Of a stretch of DNA of 64,000 nucleotides, positions 1 to 37,545 are shown one piece after another. A program made the position numbers and the translations under genes. The stretch covers positions 20,584,001 to 20,648,000 of the forward strand of contig CM022670.1 in assembly GCA_012295275.1 (NCBI GenBank). Reading direction: 5' to 3'. Positions within the stretch are counted from its first letter, which is position 1. The number at the start of each line of letters is the position of its first letter. The stretch comes from Chrysomallon squamiferum. Taxonomy: Eukaryota; Animalia; Mollusca. The notes under the pieces were generated by a model. It was not told where the DNA came from, did not search any database, and saw nothing but the letters and a program-made list of their open reading frames with translations.

Positions 1-178
1 TTTTGTTTTGTTTTACTGATATATTTGTTTTCGCTGGATTTTTTGTTTGTTGTTGTTGTTGTAGTTGGGGTTTGTTGTTGTTGTTGTTGGTTGTTGGTCT
101 TGGGGGGTTCGGAATTTGTATTTGTATTTAATAACGATTATTAAACAAATACTTTTCTTTTTCTCACTTTTATCAAAG

Positions 179-781
179 AATGTCAGAGTGGTATGTATGG
201 ATCAAATTGTGACAAATCGTGTTCAGATAGACATTGTTTGAATCCATCAACTTGTAACAGACTGACCTGGACTTGTAATGGAGGATGTCAAGCTGGTTGG
301 ACTGGAACTGATTGTACCCAAGGTAGATAAAGATATACATATTTTTATGCTTGTCTCTATTTACTACCCCCAAATATATATATATGTATGGGCCATTCCA
401 TGTCAGATCACCAAATAAGTGTAACCTCTCCATATTCAATTTGACATATAGTTTGGAATTGTCATAATTAGACAATATCCCAAACATTCCTTACTAGCTA
501 TATATGTCACCTTTTGATCTTTTATTTGAAAATTAAAGTCCTACAGTATATAAAAAAACAGAGGTGTGATATTTTTAGTTTAGTAGTAAAATACACCTAA
601 AGTGGATATACCTATCCTTAAAAGACTATTAATACCAAATTTCAGGAAAATCAAATTGGACAAGTTAACATTTCTCTTTTTAATGGTGATCTGAATGTCA
701 TGGAATGTGTACATTATTACAAATATACACACGCATATATACATACGTAGATACATACATAGATATATACACACTCAGAGA

Positions 782-822
<41 letters not shown>

Positions 823-3800
823 ATGCTCATTAAAAAAAATATTGATTTATATATTCTGGGATGATCTTCCAGCATGTGTAAAAAACTACAGTTACGGACC
901 AAATTGTAACAGACTGTGTCAGAATCGTCACTGTTCTTTAACAAATGCACCCTGTGATGTACAGTATGGAATCTGTGGTACAGATGGATGTAAGGCAGGA
1001 TGGAAAGGAACTGACTGCACACAAGGTTATTTTTGATATTTATATATCATACTAATGTTGGTTTTTGTATAACATATATTTTCCAATATAAACAATAACG
1101 AACGAAATAACTGTTACTGTTAACCTACATATCCGTATTTGGTAGGGCGACGCGTTTGTGGAATTGCCAGGGTTTCAATCAAAACAGTAAGTTTATAATT
1201 ATATATAACTAGTGTAAAATTTAATATATAACATTACAAATAATTATATTAACAATAATCAGTTCTTTAGTTTCATTAAATGACTATTTTCCAGTTTGTA
1301 GAGAAAACTACAGTTACGGACCCAATTGTATCAAATATTGCCAGAACCGTCATTGTGCTGCAGCAAATCCACCTTGTGATGTAATACATGGAGGTTGTGG
1401 TTATCAAGGCTGTAAACATGGATGGAAAGGAACTGACTGCAGCGAAGGTAATTCATTAACTTAAAAATATACTGAAGTGATAATAATTCCATGTATCTAA
1501 GCAAACCTATCATTGTCTTTGCAAGATCAATTTCCTGGTAATATTACAGTTGTAACAGAAATATAAAAGTTTCATTTGTATGAAACTGGACATCGTTAAT
1601 GAAAAAAAACCCCACTAACCAACATTATTAGCTAAATAATTTTGATCAGGTTAACTAAAGTTGCTTTTTCTTTACCTTTTAATTTATTCTAAAAGTAACA
1701 GTTCTTTTCAAAGTTATGGTAAAGAAACCACTATGTTGCATGAATGGCATTTAGTTTAAAGTTTCTTAGTTTAGAATAGAGAAAATATCATACCAATATA
1801 AAAATGAAAAACAGCAGTTTATCCAAGAAATTTAAGTAAAGGATGATTATAACTGTATGTTACAGAATGTGACAAAGAAATAAACTATGGACGTGGTTGT
1901 TTGAAGCACTGTTCTAAACGTCATTGTCTGAACACATCAACGTGTGACACAAAGACTGGGGAATGTATTGGAGGTTGTCAACCAGGATGGTTAGAACCTG
2001 ACTGTTCTCAAAGTTAGTATTTAATGATAATAATAATACTGGGATATGTTCTCAAGGTGTATGTTAAATACTAGTTTTTATTAATAATTTGTCTTAAATG
2101 TTCATGTTTCAAGAGATTTAATTATGGAATTCAGGTATAAGACCCATTTTCTGACATACTATTTGGGACCGGGAATTACGCCGAATCTTATTTTGCAGTT
2201 TTCTACTCCAATACTTAATATAATACTATACGTTTTAAAAAAAAAAATTAACAATGAGAAAAAAAGAACGAAACTGTATTTAATAATATAAATTAAAACA
2301 TTGCTAAAGTTTGTATTCTGGTAAATCCGAATTTCTAGAAGCAGGGCTGGTATTTTACTTAAATTATATTTATTTATCACTTAATAATTGTTTTTGTAGT
2401 CTGATCAGAGTACTGATATTTTATTGCATAATTTATTTTCAGTTTGTTCTTCGGGCACATATGGTTGGAAATGTTCACTAAAATGTTCAGATCGACATTG
2501 TAGTGGATACTCGAGATGTAATCACACAAATGGGGAATGTTATAATGGTTGTGAGACAAACTGGGCAGGCATTGATTGTAGAGGTAACAGCAAAAATAAT
2601 AACATTAATATAAATCATGAGTTATGTCATTAATCACAGTGTAATTAACAACTGCAGATGTTTAGTTCACCAAATGTGATTCAAGATAAGAAATTATTAG
2701 TACAGGAATAATTAAAGTTGAATATCAACTGACTCAAATATAATTGTACTGGATATACAAAATAATTTCTTTTACTTTTATAAATAATATTTTGTACATA
2801 ATACCTGCATAAATGAAATTGGCAATTTTCATCAAAATTTAAAATAAATTTCAGAATGTAAAGGAGGACTGAGTTATGGTTCTGGATGTTCAAAGCGATG
2901 TTCTGATCGTCGCTGTTTGGTTAACTCGACGTGTGATTCAAACACTGGAGCATGTATCGGAGGTTGTCAGCCAGGCTGGAGAATGACAGACTGTTCTGAA
3001 AGTAAGCGAAGAAAACCTAAATATTTAAGAAGCTATTTTGATTCAGTTACGTTCGTCTGCAGCTTATTTCTTATTATTTTATTTTTTATTCTGTTCTATG
3101 TGTCTTATAGATTAGTAACTAATAATTTGTTTTTAAATAATTGTTTTTTTCAGTTTGTGCAGCCGGCACCTATGGATTCAACTGTTCAAAGTCTTGTACA
3201 GACAGACGCTGTGATGGACAGTCAAGTTGTAATCACACTGATGGCAAATGTAAGACAGGTTGTAAAGCTGGATGGAAAGGTGTTGACTGTACAGGTAGAA
3301 TTTTCACCACTAGATAACATTTATTAGTTTTATTAGCATTTTTAAATGACTTTTATTAGTTAAACTGCAAGGCTGAACTTTATAGGTTTTGTATAAATAT
3401 ATTCATAACACATATGGCTTCACAATTAGAAATTAATTAAATTACCTAATCTGTTTATTTGGAAATAAACTTTGAATATGTTGTGACTTTTTATATAACA
3501 ATCAAAATACATAATAATAAAATTTTGATATATTTTCTAATTAAGAATGTGATAACAGATATGGAAAAGACTGTAGTTTACACTGTGATGTCAGACACTG
3601 TAAAGACGATAACTCTCCCTGTGATTCTCACACTGGAGAATGTGTTGGAGGATGTATACCTGGATGGTTTCACATTACTTGTACTCATAGTAAGAGAAAT
3701 TGTATAAGATTTTTCATTTCAAACACTCACAATCAAACTAATAAATGTTTTCATCACTATTATACCGTTTTTTCTTAAGTAGGCAAAGCTGTGTTATCTG

Positions 3801-4424
3801 ACAAGCCAAACTGATCTTAGGCAGTTTAAAATTATTTTTGCAGAAGAGTAACAAATAGTAGCAAAATATTCAGCGAATCTTGCAATGACAAAACACAAAT
3901 TTAGACTGTAAGATTAGCAAAACCTGGAGATAAAAGTCAAAAGATGTTATAGTATATCTCTGAAGTAATGTAGACATTCTTGTAACAGATTTAGTTTACA
4001 AATTTAAACCCTTGAATGACACCTAAACCCTACAACATTATCAGCTGTCTAAGTAATTTATATAAGTGAAATTTCTGTACCTCATAACTGTAGGATGTCC
4101 AGTCGGTAAATACGGAGACGGGTGTCTACAAGAATGTGATGATAGACATTGTTTTGGTGGTCAAAGATGTGATAAGGAAACAGGAAAATGTATTGATGGA
4201 TGCATTCCTGGATGGGAGGGAATTTCCTGTTCCAAAGGTAAATTTTAAAAGATAGATAACAAAAACAAATGATCGTGTGATAGGTCAGCTAAAACTGAAT
4301 GGATCTTTATAGATTAATAATAGTTTATTTTATAGATATATATATATTAGTGTTTCCCGCAGCAGTTTCTTTAATGTATTCTTTTTCGAACTAGTATATC
4401 ATGTACATTTTGTACCCACAGAGG

Positions 4425-4522
<98 letters not shown>

Positions 4523-5672
4523 TATTAAAAATGTATGCTATTATCCAGAATGAATGTTATGATTCTATAATTGTGTGTGGGGGGGGGTGTTTGTATTTTT
4601 TGCTTTTTCTTCGTTTTTTGGGGGGAGGATTTAACGGTGATATCTACAGCCATTTGTTTTGTGGATATTAATTGTTTTTCATTTTCTGCTATTAATATAA
4701 ATATAAATATATTCATTATATTTTCCGCTCTCACCACAAGAAACAAAGTCCACGGAACCTTCAACTCAAAAATCTACAGACACATCAACAATAACAGCCA
4801 TATCAGTGATCACAGCAATACTGGCTCTATTTCTTTTAGTATCCGTTGTTTTTAATATTAGGTAAAAACTTAAAGATTATTCAGTGATATACCGAATTAT
4901 AATATACTAAAATACTTTATTTTATTGTGATCTCATAACTTTTCAGTATTTGTTTGTTTTTGATAATAAATTAAAATATATGTTTGAAATACACTGATTT
5001 ATATTTTTATAACTGACAATTTTTGTTCAAACAATATATTAACAGAAAATTAAAATTAAATATTTTCCAAATGATAATATATTTTATTGTTACTATATAT
5101 TCAGTGGATATACGTATGTATAATAGACTATGTTTCGTCACAAATCAGCTGAAAATCTATACTCTTAATGTTTTATATAATAATGCAAACAACAAGAAAT
5201 ATTAAATGTTTCTTCTTTTCAAATCAATGTTAACAGCTAAGCTGTCTGAATTTCGAATATTGATTATTAAATATCTGTACAAAATATCTCTCTAAGTGTA
5301 TTATATTTTAATTTTATAAAATGTGCACTTACAAACTAATAAACTAATGAGGAATACCTTTTCAGAATGGCTCTGATTATACGAAAACGACCGTCTTATA
5401 CTGAAAATTCAGTATCAGTGGCAAAAACTACCAAACGTCATCCCAGAACAGCAGCTACACCGTCATCAGTGTATGAAGTATTTGACGAAGATGTTAGTGG
5501 TGTCGCAACAGCAGATCACAATGGGTCTCAAACTATTTCACGTGGTGCAGAGACAAGTTATGTAAACACTTTACATCAAGAAGAACTCAATACTCAAGAA
5601 ATAAACGATTATGATAAACTAGATATTGATGTTGTTGGAGAGGGATCTCCATATGATAAAATAAAAAAGTAA
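179..5672 (+). CDS. Gene A: multi-EGF-like (MEGF10/Draper/SCARF-like) single-pass receptor with tyrosine-motif tail; 5' part lies outside the window
   Basis: GT-AG exons: 179-322, 873-1025, 1295-1447, 1866-2012, 2443-2583, 2855-3001, 3154-3294, 3546-3689 and 4094-4237. Each is phase 1-1 with 8 Cys (C..G.YG..C...C..RHC....C....G.C..GC..GW.G.DC). TM exon 4741-4861 (AISVITAILALFLLVSVVFNI); terminal exon 5366-5672 (MALIIRKR...YDKI KK*). Phases join without stops; AATAAA follows the stop. Confidence 0.88.
4421..4517. repeat. (GA)n microsatellite
   Basis: Near-perfect dinucleotide run. Similar GA/TC runs at ~8737-8806, 10954-11030, 12056-12150, 12912-12967, 27063-27159, 28124-28212, 37200-37285, 46030-46110 and 48711-48776. 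Confidence 0.97.
4741..4861 (+). CDS. Gene A S/T-rich stalk and transmembrane exon
   Basis: AG acceptor at 4739-4740, GT donor at 4862-4863; encodes ETKSTEPSTQKSTDTSTITAISVITAILALFLLVSVVFNI. Confidence 0.8.
5366..5672 (+). CDS. Gene A cytoplasmic tail exon with YVN, YDKL and YDKI motifs
   Basis: ttttcag acceptor; ORF 5367-5672 is in frame with the phase-2 TM exon; basic stop-transfer RKR; Tyr motifs SVYEVF, TSYVNT, NDYDKL, SPYDKI. Confidence 0.82.
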
Positions 5673-7833
5673 TAAACACACACATACAGACAAACACACA
5701 CACCAAATATTTCGTCATGGTTTCTGAGTGAGAGTAAAATGATTTATTAAATATTTTACCAATCTTTGTAAATCTGATGTACTATAAAAATATGTAAATA
5801 AATATTAATAATATGAACAACATAAAGGATTTTATATTAAACAGATTTCTATAAGATTTCAAATTAACATGCACATATTTTATTAAATATCTGATATTGT
5901 GCAATGCTAATATTTAGTCAAAAATAATTGTCTGAAAATTGCAATTAATTTGGTATGTATTAATATCATCATGACGATTGTTTAATAAGAAATTGCTGAT
6001 TATATTTTATAAGCAGCTAGAACTCAGGTGAGTACTAAAAGCATTTTAATCAATCTTCGGCCAATAACGTGTATTTCCTTGTTTCTTAAAAGCTACATAA
6101 ATGTTCCAGTTAACCATATATATCTTACTATAGCGATTTATGAAAAATATAATTATTATTATTATTTTCTCCTTTTTTTATCTGTTTTCTTTACTTTTAT
6201 ATTTAATAACTATTAATGGTGGCTCACAAGTGTTTACAAAAGTTTTACAAGATATTTAATGTATTCAGGATATTTTCAAACGATATTAAAACTCATATTT
6301 TAAATTTTGTATTAAAAGATTTTAATTTTTCTATCATACTCAGTTCAGTAACCGGGTTTTTCTTAAATAATTATATTACATATCAAGAACATTATTTAAT
6401 ATATTTTAAAATGAGCTTTTGTTTACATCTTCATTAAGGTATGTCTGTGAACGAGTATGTATGAGTGTTTGTGCCTGTACATACACACATCCGCTTTGAG
6501 GGAGATTTATACAGATATATATATACACACACAAACACACACACACATACACAAGTAAGTTTGTATGTATGTATGTATACAGTACAAAGGGGCTACAGAT
6601 ATTGTAACAGAAAAAGGTTACACCTCAATTTACATACTGCTGAACGTCTTTTCAAATATTTATCCATTCATGTGTGTCCTAGATACATGTTGTGAATGAC
6701 ATTAAGAACTGGCCTGTGAGCGTAAATCTTTTGTCTGGTTATAAAAGAGTCAAATGATCTGTTTTCGTTACACTCAGCAAAACTGTTGTGAAGAGCAAGA
6801 TTATATAACATTATGTTGTTTGTTTCATATACCTTGGTGGTATTGTCTACACTTTTAGCTTATATTAAATGCTAAAAAAAATATTTGTTCTCTTGTCCGG
6901 TTGTTGTTGTTTTTTTTCATAGAAACAGTGACCGCTTAGGAGTAGTTTGAGTCAAGCGCTCTGTGTCAAACGATCTGCATAGATAAAACGATTTTACATA
7001 TATTAACTCTTTTTTTTATATATGTCTGAAATGTTTAAAACTATATTAACTTATCTGTTTTATTTTTATTTCCAAGTGAACAAATTTTATAAAAGTTTTT
7101 TGTTGCAAAGATTTCAAACATTAGAACGTTTGTCCTTATTTTAGAAGGAACAGGTCTGCGTCTTAGTTTTATTAAACATGTTAATTACACTGAAGATTTA
7201 TTCTCTAAACAATAAAAATTAAATTAAATATCACAACATCCGTATCGAGAAGTCATTCACTATAATAAAAAATTTAACAAAATAAAATTCTCAAGTCTTG
7301 TATTATTTGTTAAATTTTGTAATTCTCAGCATAACAGTTCTAAGCTTCTTCTTTCCTTTTCTTTACTTTTAAAAGAAGTATCTGTAACTTTAAATATTCA
7401 CACACACACGCCCACGCACACACACACACATACATATACATATGTGAGAGTATGTATGTTTCTGTGTTTTGTTTTTATATACGTATATATGTGTATATGT
7501 GTATTTTTCTATGTTCTTATTATATGTTTTATATTCTTATATACAAGTTGACAATGCAGAAATGTAATGTCATTTACACCTTTCTGATGAAAGAATGTGT
7601 TGTGACCTAATCTCAGTACGAGTAAAAAACCTGTTTTCCCGGATCCAAATTTAACCTCAGTGTGTTTAATTTAATAGAATTACATTCCTCTGTTCAACCC
7701 TATCTCTTAAGAACTTTTAACCAGAATATATTAGATGGTGTTTATCTTTTCTCATTGGTGAATCACGACAACGAGTCTTGTGTAAACTCGCAATTTTACT
7801 TCCTTGTTGGTTTGTCTACGAAACATTTTCACT

Positions 7834-30583
<22,750 letters not shown>

Positions 30584-30945
30584 GTGAGTTTTCAGCATTA
30601 GGTATATTATCTCTGTATTATCTATCTATCTGTCTGGCTGTCCGTCTTTCTGTCTATCCATCTAATTATATATACATATTGTATTAAATAGATATACATT
30701 GCTTGGTTGGTTGTTCTGGGGTTACTGTTATTGTTTTTTGTTTTGTTTTTCTTGTTGTTTTGTCTGTTTTCTTTTTTGTTGTTGCTGTTGCTGTTTTGGG
30801 GGGGCTGTTTTGGTTTCTGTTGGGTTTTGGGGATTATTGGTTGTTTTTTTTTTGTGGTGAGTTTTTGGGGAGATGTTGGTTTGTTTTGAATTTTGTGGAG
30901 ACTTAGATCAAGATTTTAACACAAGATCGTTCTATTTAACAGAGA

Positions 30946-31145
30946 NNNNNNNNNNNNNNNNNNNNNNNNNNNNNNNNNNNNNNNNNNNNNNNNNNNNNNN
31001 NNNNNNNNNNNNNNNNNNNNNNNNNNNNNNNNNNNNNNNNNNNNNNNNNNNNNNNNNNNNNNNNNNNNNNNNNNNNNNNNNNNNNNNNNNNNNNNNNNNN
31101 NNNNNNNNNNNNNNNNNNNNNNNNNNNNNNNNNNNNNNNNNNNNN
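30946..31145. other. Assembly gap (200 N)
   Basis: Run of n; a round length that is probably a placeholder. Confidence 0.99.
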
Positions 31146-31724
31146 AGATTTTTAAAATAACTATTTCTAACAATCCTTAAGAGAAAAGGTCTGATGTTTT
31201 AGACCATAGGTTTCTCTTTGTCAACGTTGTTTTCATGTGTCTGTCAACAACAGGACATATATATATATATATTCTAGAAATATTTATGTAATATGTCACA
31301 GGAAAATGGTGTAAAACTGATTTAACATAGAATATCATTTATTAAGTTTTCCATTCAATTATTAGAAACAAATATTATTATAATTGGTGTAAACTGGGTT
31401 TTACTGGATGTTATTATATTTTAATTATGTGAAAAAAAAAAAAAAAAACAAAAAAAACAAGGTTTAAATGAATACAAAAAAAAAAAGAAAATAAAAATAA
31501 AAATAATAATAGTGATCACGTTTGTTACCTGATATATCCTAGGATATCTTGAATAAATGCTGAAGGAAACGCCAGACAATACGAATGCAGTTTTGCTCAG
31601 AACTCCGAACACATCTGTTTTCAATGAAGAATTATACTTGTTACAAATATGAATATGTTCAAAAATAAATTATAGATACAGACTAACAGATGCAATTTAA
31701 ATAAATTATTCTGAATATCCTAGA

Positions 31725-32081
31725 GATGGGGTACGCGACCTGCGGCCGTGGGAAGGATGTCGCCTCATCACATTTAACATCTCATTTGAAATATAACGAG
31801 GCTGCGTGTCAGTATAAACATTCATACACCATCAGTTTCCTCTGACTGTTGTTTGATGCCGTACACAACAAGGCATCCAGTATTCATTTTCAGATCCGAG
31901 GCTTTTAAAGTTGTTATTTAATAAAAGTAATAAATAGTATTAAGTCACAGTGATTCATTGTTAGAAAATTATACAAAATCATATATGTTACGCTTTCAAT
32001 TTTAATGACATTTGTTCGGCCGTACTGGCAGTGACGTTAAAGTGTTGCGGCCTATAAGATCAGAAAGTTTGCGTATCCCTG
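31725..32081. mobile_element. Degenerate non-autonomous hAT(Charlie)-like element (partial copies at ~42538 and ~63100)
   Basis: Left end (c/g)atggggt(a/g)cgc(g/a)acctgcggcc; right end reverse-complements to cagggatacgcaaact...ggccgca. No clean 8-bp TSD. Confidence 0.45.
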
Positions 32082-33479
32082 TTCTGGTAAATCAGTACCT
32101 TTAATACTTAATTAAGAAACAATTTACTCAGAAACCCTCTTGTGTGTATGTGGGTTGTACAAGGTTTTTGTAAAAAAATGTGACGTTGAAAATTGTTTTA
32201 CATCATTATCTCATCAAGCAAATATTATAAATGTGTATTTACAAAACATTATTCCTGCTGACAAAAATCAGTAATATGGTATGAAAACTTGTTAAGAGGA
32301 ACGTTATCTGACCATTTGTCAGTCTTTTTGCTCTTAACATTATTTTACTCACCCTTTCCTTAACAGTTACCAGTATCCGTTTCCACTCTTGGTTACATCT
32401 CCTTATCGAAATATTATTTTAACTTGATTATGTTCTGTTTTCTGGATAATTTTATTGCTTTCGATATGCAGACTTTTAATAAAAAGACTATTACTTAAGG
32501 TGCAACATGTGATTTTTTTGCTTCAGAATTTATATCAAATTCGTATTATAATGGATAGAGTGTAACGAAACAGCTAACACCTATATAACAGTAATCGAGT
32601 GATGCGGCTGGTTTTCTATTTTTTTTTTTACATTCCCGCATGCGCAGTTGCTTTCTTGTGTATCTACTTAGTATAATGTTGACAGCTGTTTACAATGCGA
32701 GAGGGTTTTAACATTTGCCTTCTTGATTATCTATTTAGCATAATATAGTCAGTTGTGTACATTGTCCCACAAACGAGTATTCGCTTGAATAAAATTTATT
32801 CAAACCGAGATATAATCGGCAAAATACAAATACACATTTCGGTTATTTTAATCAGATTCTTTAGCTCAACTACTAGTATCTTGAGATTAATAAATCTTAC
32901 AACACAAATGTGTCTAATCTCCAAGATACGTGAGAAAAATCCAGACCTTTTCAGGATCACAATATTCAAACCTAAAAACCTAAAAATGTTAAATATTTTG
33001 AGTTTTTTAAATATTAAAATAAAACTATAGTGTACTAGTATTGGGATTCTCATCCACCTTACAAAGATGGGGGGGTTATTGTGAGGCAAATTTCTCTGTT
33101 TGTCAGATTTTGCCTTGATCTTTTATAGGATCTATTGTTTGCTTGCTAACTGGCACGATCTACAGAGTTGCCCAGGAAAAATTTTGCTGTGTCCCATCAT
33201 TCGGACAATCTTGTTTTATATAATCTTGTTTTGAAACCTGAAACTCATTCTCTGAACCAGAGAACCATGGTCAACAACAGGAAAATAGCCCTTGATAAAC
33301 AGAAGTCAGGCTTATCATGAAAATTATCGCGCATGTATGTAGGAATAAGAGCCTACCTTTCAAGCCTAGAAGTTCAAGAAGATATAGAAAAAAAAATAAT
33401 GATACAGGAACAGGCCTAATGCATGAATAAATTCACTTGCAAATCATTCCCTTATAAAGATGAAATAGATGCCTACATA

Positions 33480-33560
33480 ACGGACCAGTCCAATTTCTTC
33501 ATGACGTTGATTTTCCGTTAAGCCTGGACGGCGACTCATTATAAGAGGATAAATTCTTAC
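33480..33560 (-). mobile_element. Tc1/mariner transposase N-terminal relic
   Basis: MSRRPGLTENQRHEEIG resembles the Tc1 HTH start (MPRL+..QR..AIG); short and truncated. Confidence 0.35.
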
Positions 33561-33921
33561 TTTTTTTTTTGGATAATGTTGGTTCAGTGCACCAAAATGT
33601 GATTTCAGTACATCAGTATTGCACGCGCTTCTGCCACAGCATGAGTATACATGCTCTTTTAATAGCATAGATAAATGGTCTTATACAAATTTTATATTTT
33701 CAATTTTTTAACTTGATTATTTTTGGGACATAATGATCAGCATTCTTGATTAATGAAATAATATTGTTACAAATCGTAAATCTGAACATTGCCATTTTAA
33801 CTCTTCACAAGTAGTTGTCACGTCATAGCACAACCTGTATTATTTTAGGGTGACAATCGATAATCAATTTTGATGTAAATAACATGGTGAGATAACTATT
33901 TTGGGGATGATCAAACATGGA

Positions 33922-33960
<39 letters not shown>

Positions 33961-34318
33961 TCACTGTGTTGTTCTTTGTCTTTAGATTTAATAATAAACT
34001 TATTAAGAAAAAAATAAAAAATGTCAGTTTGATTTTGATTTTCATAACTGAAAAGCGTATCGGCTAAGATGCTTTCCCCTACTCAAAAATTTGCAAGTTT
34101 TGTGATAGGAATGTAAATGGATTGGAAGGTGAAGTTCACCTAGATAAATAAGATTTAAGAAAATATTTTGAGAAAGTATTTCTGAATACCTGTTTCTTGC
34201 TCTTGTTCTTACTTCTATTGCTGTTGTTGATATTGCTATTGTTTTTGTTACTGTTGTTAATTATTTTATCTATTTTGTGATGACCAGCAGGAATGTTTGC
34301 AATTTACTATTATTATTA

Positions 34319-34404
<86 letters not shown>

Positions 34405-36277
34405 ATAAAGTAAGAGATTTGGTTATTCTGTCGATACATTTTTTCTGTCCTATTGTTTACTATGAAGGCCGAATAAAAATTTAGAAATTTTAATTTTCAT
34501 AAATATATAACAAATACAAAAAGAAAACAAGAAAGAAAAAAGAAAAACAAAAAGAGAAAACTAGCATTAAATTTAAATTTGGTTGCAATGTACTGACTGA
34601 AAATTAAAAATATATTAATATTAATAATACTTATATCTTGCTTCTACTAATTATGAAGACGATAATGAAAATGATGGTGTAAATAATAATCCTTACACTG
34701 CTAGTGCTAATACTACTTTTATTACTACTATTACTAATTATTTTACTACTAAAATACTATTAATGATAAAGAGAATGGTGATAATGATTATACTAAACAT
34801 AATAAAATTAATAAAAACAACAATAAAATTATAACTGTATGGTTTTGAAATATTCTATATTAAGATTACCTGCGAAAAGTAGAAATGATCTTAACAGCAG
34901 AAAGACCACTGAAAATGAGAAACAATTGTTTGAATTATGATATTACCTGATAACAATTAAATAGAATTAACTTTGTCTGTCAAACTGGGAGCAGCTCTGA
35001 AACTTAGTGAAGGATTAATGTTTTTATGAAATGTTTACCGCGTATCATGACCTTTCCCGATTTGAATTGTTGAATTGCTGTATATTAATTTTCAGTTGTA
35101 ACAGCTGTATCTTCACACATGAGTCAGCTTGATGACGACATCCTAACTTTCGATTACTCAAACTCCAACGAAAGAGGTATAATGTTCGAGAAAACCGGTA
35201 AAACTTTGACACTGCTGAGTAAGAAATAAGGTATTCGGAAAAAACCTATGTAACAATATAATTTCAGTCTAATATACATCACGATATTATTTAGTGTATA
35301 CAGTATTATTTTATAATAAGAAAAATCATGTAAATAGTTTGATGTTAAAAAGTGGATAATAACAGGAACATGTTCTATGTTGTTGATCGTTCATTTTCTG
35401 TCGTTTCATTTGTCACCCATTCCATGCTCTCAGTCTCACGTATTACTATTATCCATTCATGACGTTGCCAGTTTTACGTTGTAATTAGTGGTTGTAGCAC
35501 TGGGGACGTGGGGCTGTGAATTGTTTTTCATCATGTTATCAGCAATATATTTAAAGTTTTCTTCTTGTGCTTTTCATTGTTATTAACATTATTCTGTATG
35601 AATATTCAACTCTGATAAATTAATCAAGATATCTATTTTAGTAGGTTATTTAAAAATAGCATTGATCTTTCTTAATTATTTGTATTTGATGGATTTAATA
35701 GTCGTCTATTTTTTTTTAGTAGATAATTTAAATATGATGTTTCTGTTTGTTCATTGTATTCCTATAAACTTCTATCTTCAAATACATAATTACATGTTTG
35801 AACAAAAATATCATATTAAATATTTGATTAACACATGAAAAATAAATCATATGATACAGTCATTGAGTTTGAACTCCATAATTTTGAAATGTTTTATTGG
35901 TTATCGTTAATAAGTTTCAGTAATATCTAAAAGTATATCAGTATTATATACCTGAAAGATCTATCCAGGTTATTAATAATGAATATCTGCAACATCTCTA
36001 TTTCTTTTCTATGTTTAGTTCCTCTATAATATATATATTAATTACTGTAATTATTTTCTAAATATTTGTGAGTTATTGAACTTAGGGCTGCATCGCCACA
36101 GCTTATTTTCCTGAGGCAATCAAATATTGAAAAGAAAAACAAAAATCAAAGACACACACACACACACACAGACACAAACACACACAGTATCTGTCAAATC
36201 TCGAAGTCAAAATCTGAACTAGTAGCTAACTATTTTCATCAACATCATCATTATCATCATCATCATCATCATCATCA

Positions 36278-36310
<33 letters not shown>

Positions 36311-37198
36311 AAAGTACGTAGACAATGGCTGCTTTAATATTTCACTGAAAGCTTTGAAAAATAACTGACATATATTTATAAAAAGGATAATTGCGGATGG
36401 ACGTTTGTGTTAGTATCCATAGTGTAGTGTAATCTTCAATTTAGGTAAATATTATGTAAATATTATTCTACAATTTCTGAAAGGTCAGATAAAACCTTCT
36501 GAGATCACGTTCGCTTCAGAATCTTTTCAGATCGACACATTTTGCTTTTCATCGTTTAAAATTGAATAAATAAAATAAAATAAAATAAAATAACAAATAT
36601 AAAATAAACTGCTGTTCTTTCAAATATCCTTATAACATTATTAAAACACTGAATATATTTGAAACACAATTCCATAATGATAAAATCTGAATGAAAATAT
36701 TTGAAGAGAGAGAAAGAAAAGAAAGAAAGAAAGAAAACAGACCTGAACGGGAAACCTAATATGAAAATATTAAATTCACGTGTCCTCGTTTTATTTTGAA
36801 ACCTGAAAATAAATTCCTTTTCTCCAGCTGACTGGAAGAAAATCAATGCGAAAAGCTACATTATACAATAGAATGAAAATTCGAGCTATCAACAGAACAA
36901 CACATTTTGTAAAACTTATTGATCAGGCGTAGGGTTAAATTGCAATATAACATAACATTTTTTTTTCTTCTTTTTTAAATGGGTATTTGTGTATATATAT
37001 ACGGTTGTGTTTTTATGTATGCGGCAGGTAATATTACGTAATAGAATTAACAATACAATGAATATACCTTGAGTATACCAGAATTTGTTTAAAACTGAAT
37101 TTAATCTAGTGTCTTGATATCAAACGTGATTTTACCATTTTCCGTTTTCATCCTGATCTGTAAGGTGTGTTCAGTTCAAGAAGAATATACAAAGATTA

Positions 37199-37286
<88 letters not shown>

Positions 37287-37545
37287 GAGTGTGTGTTTGT
37301 GTGTGTTTCTGTGTGTGTGCATGGAAAGAAAGACATTTGGAGTTTTCTCACCTATTATTATGCATATACACATGTCCATTCATAATATATGGTCCACAAA
37401 GATATATATATATATCTTCAGAATATAGTACGTGATGTTCATATTAGTTATGAAATAAAGCAGTGAAGCCAACCATTATAAAGAGTTGTTCTTAATTTGT
37501 ATTTTCATATATATATTTTTAATTTATTGGTTACATAAACATGTT

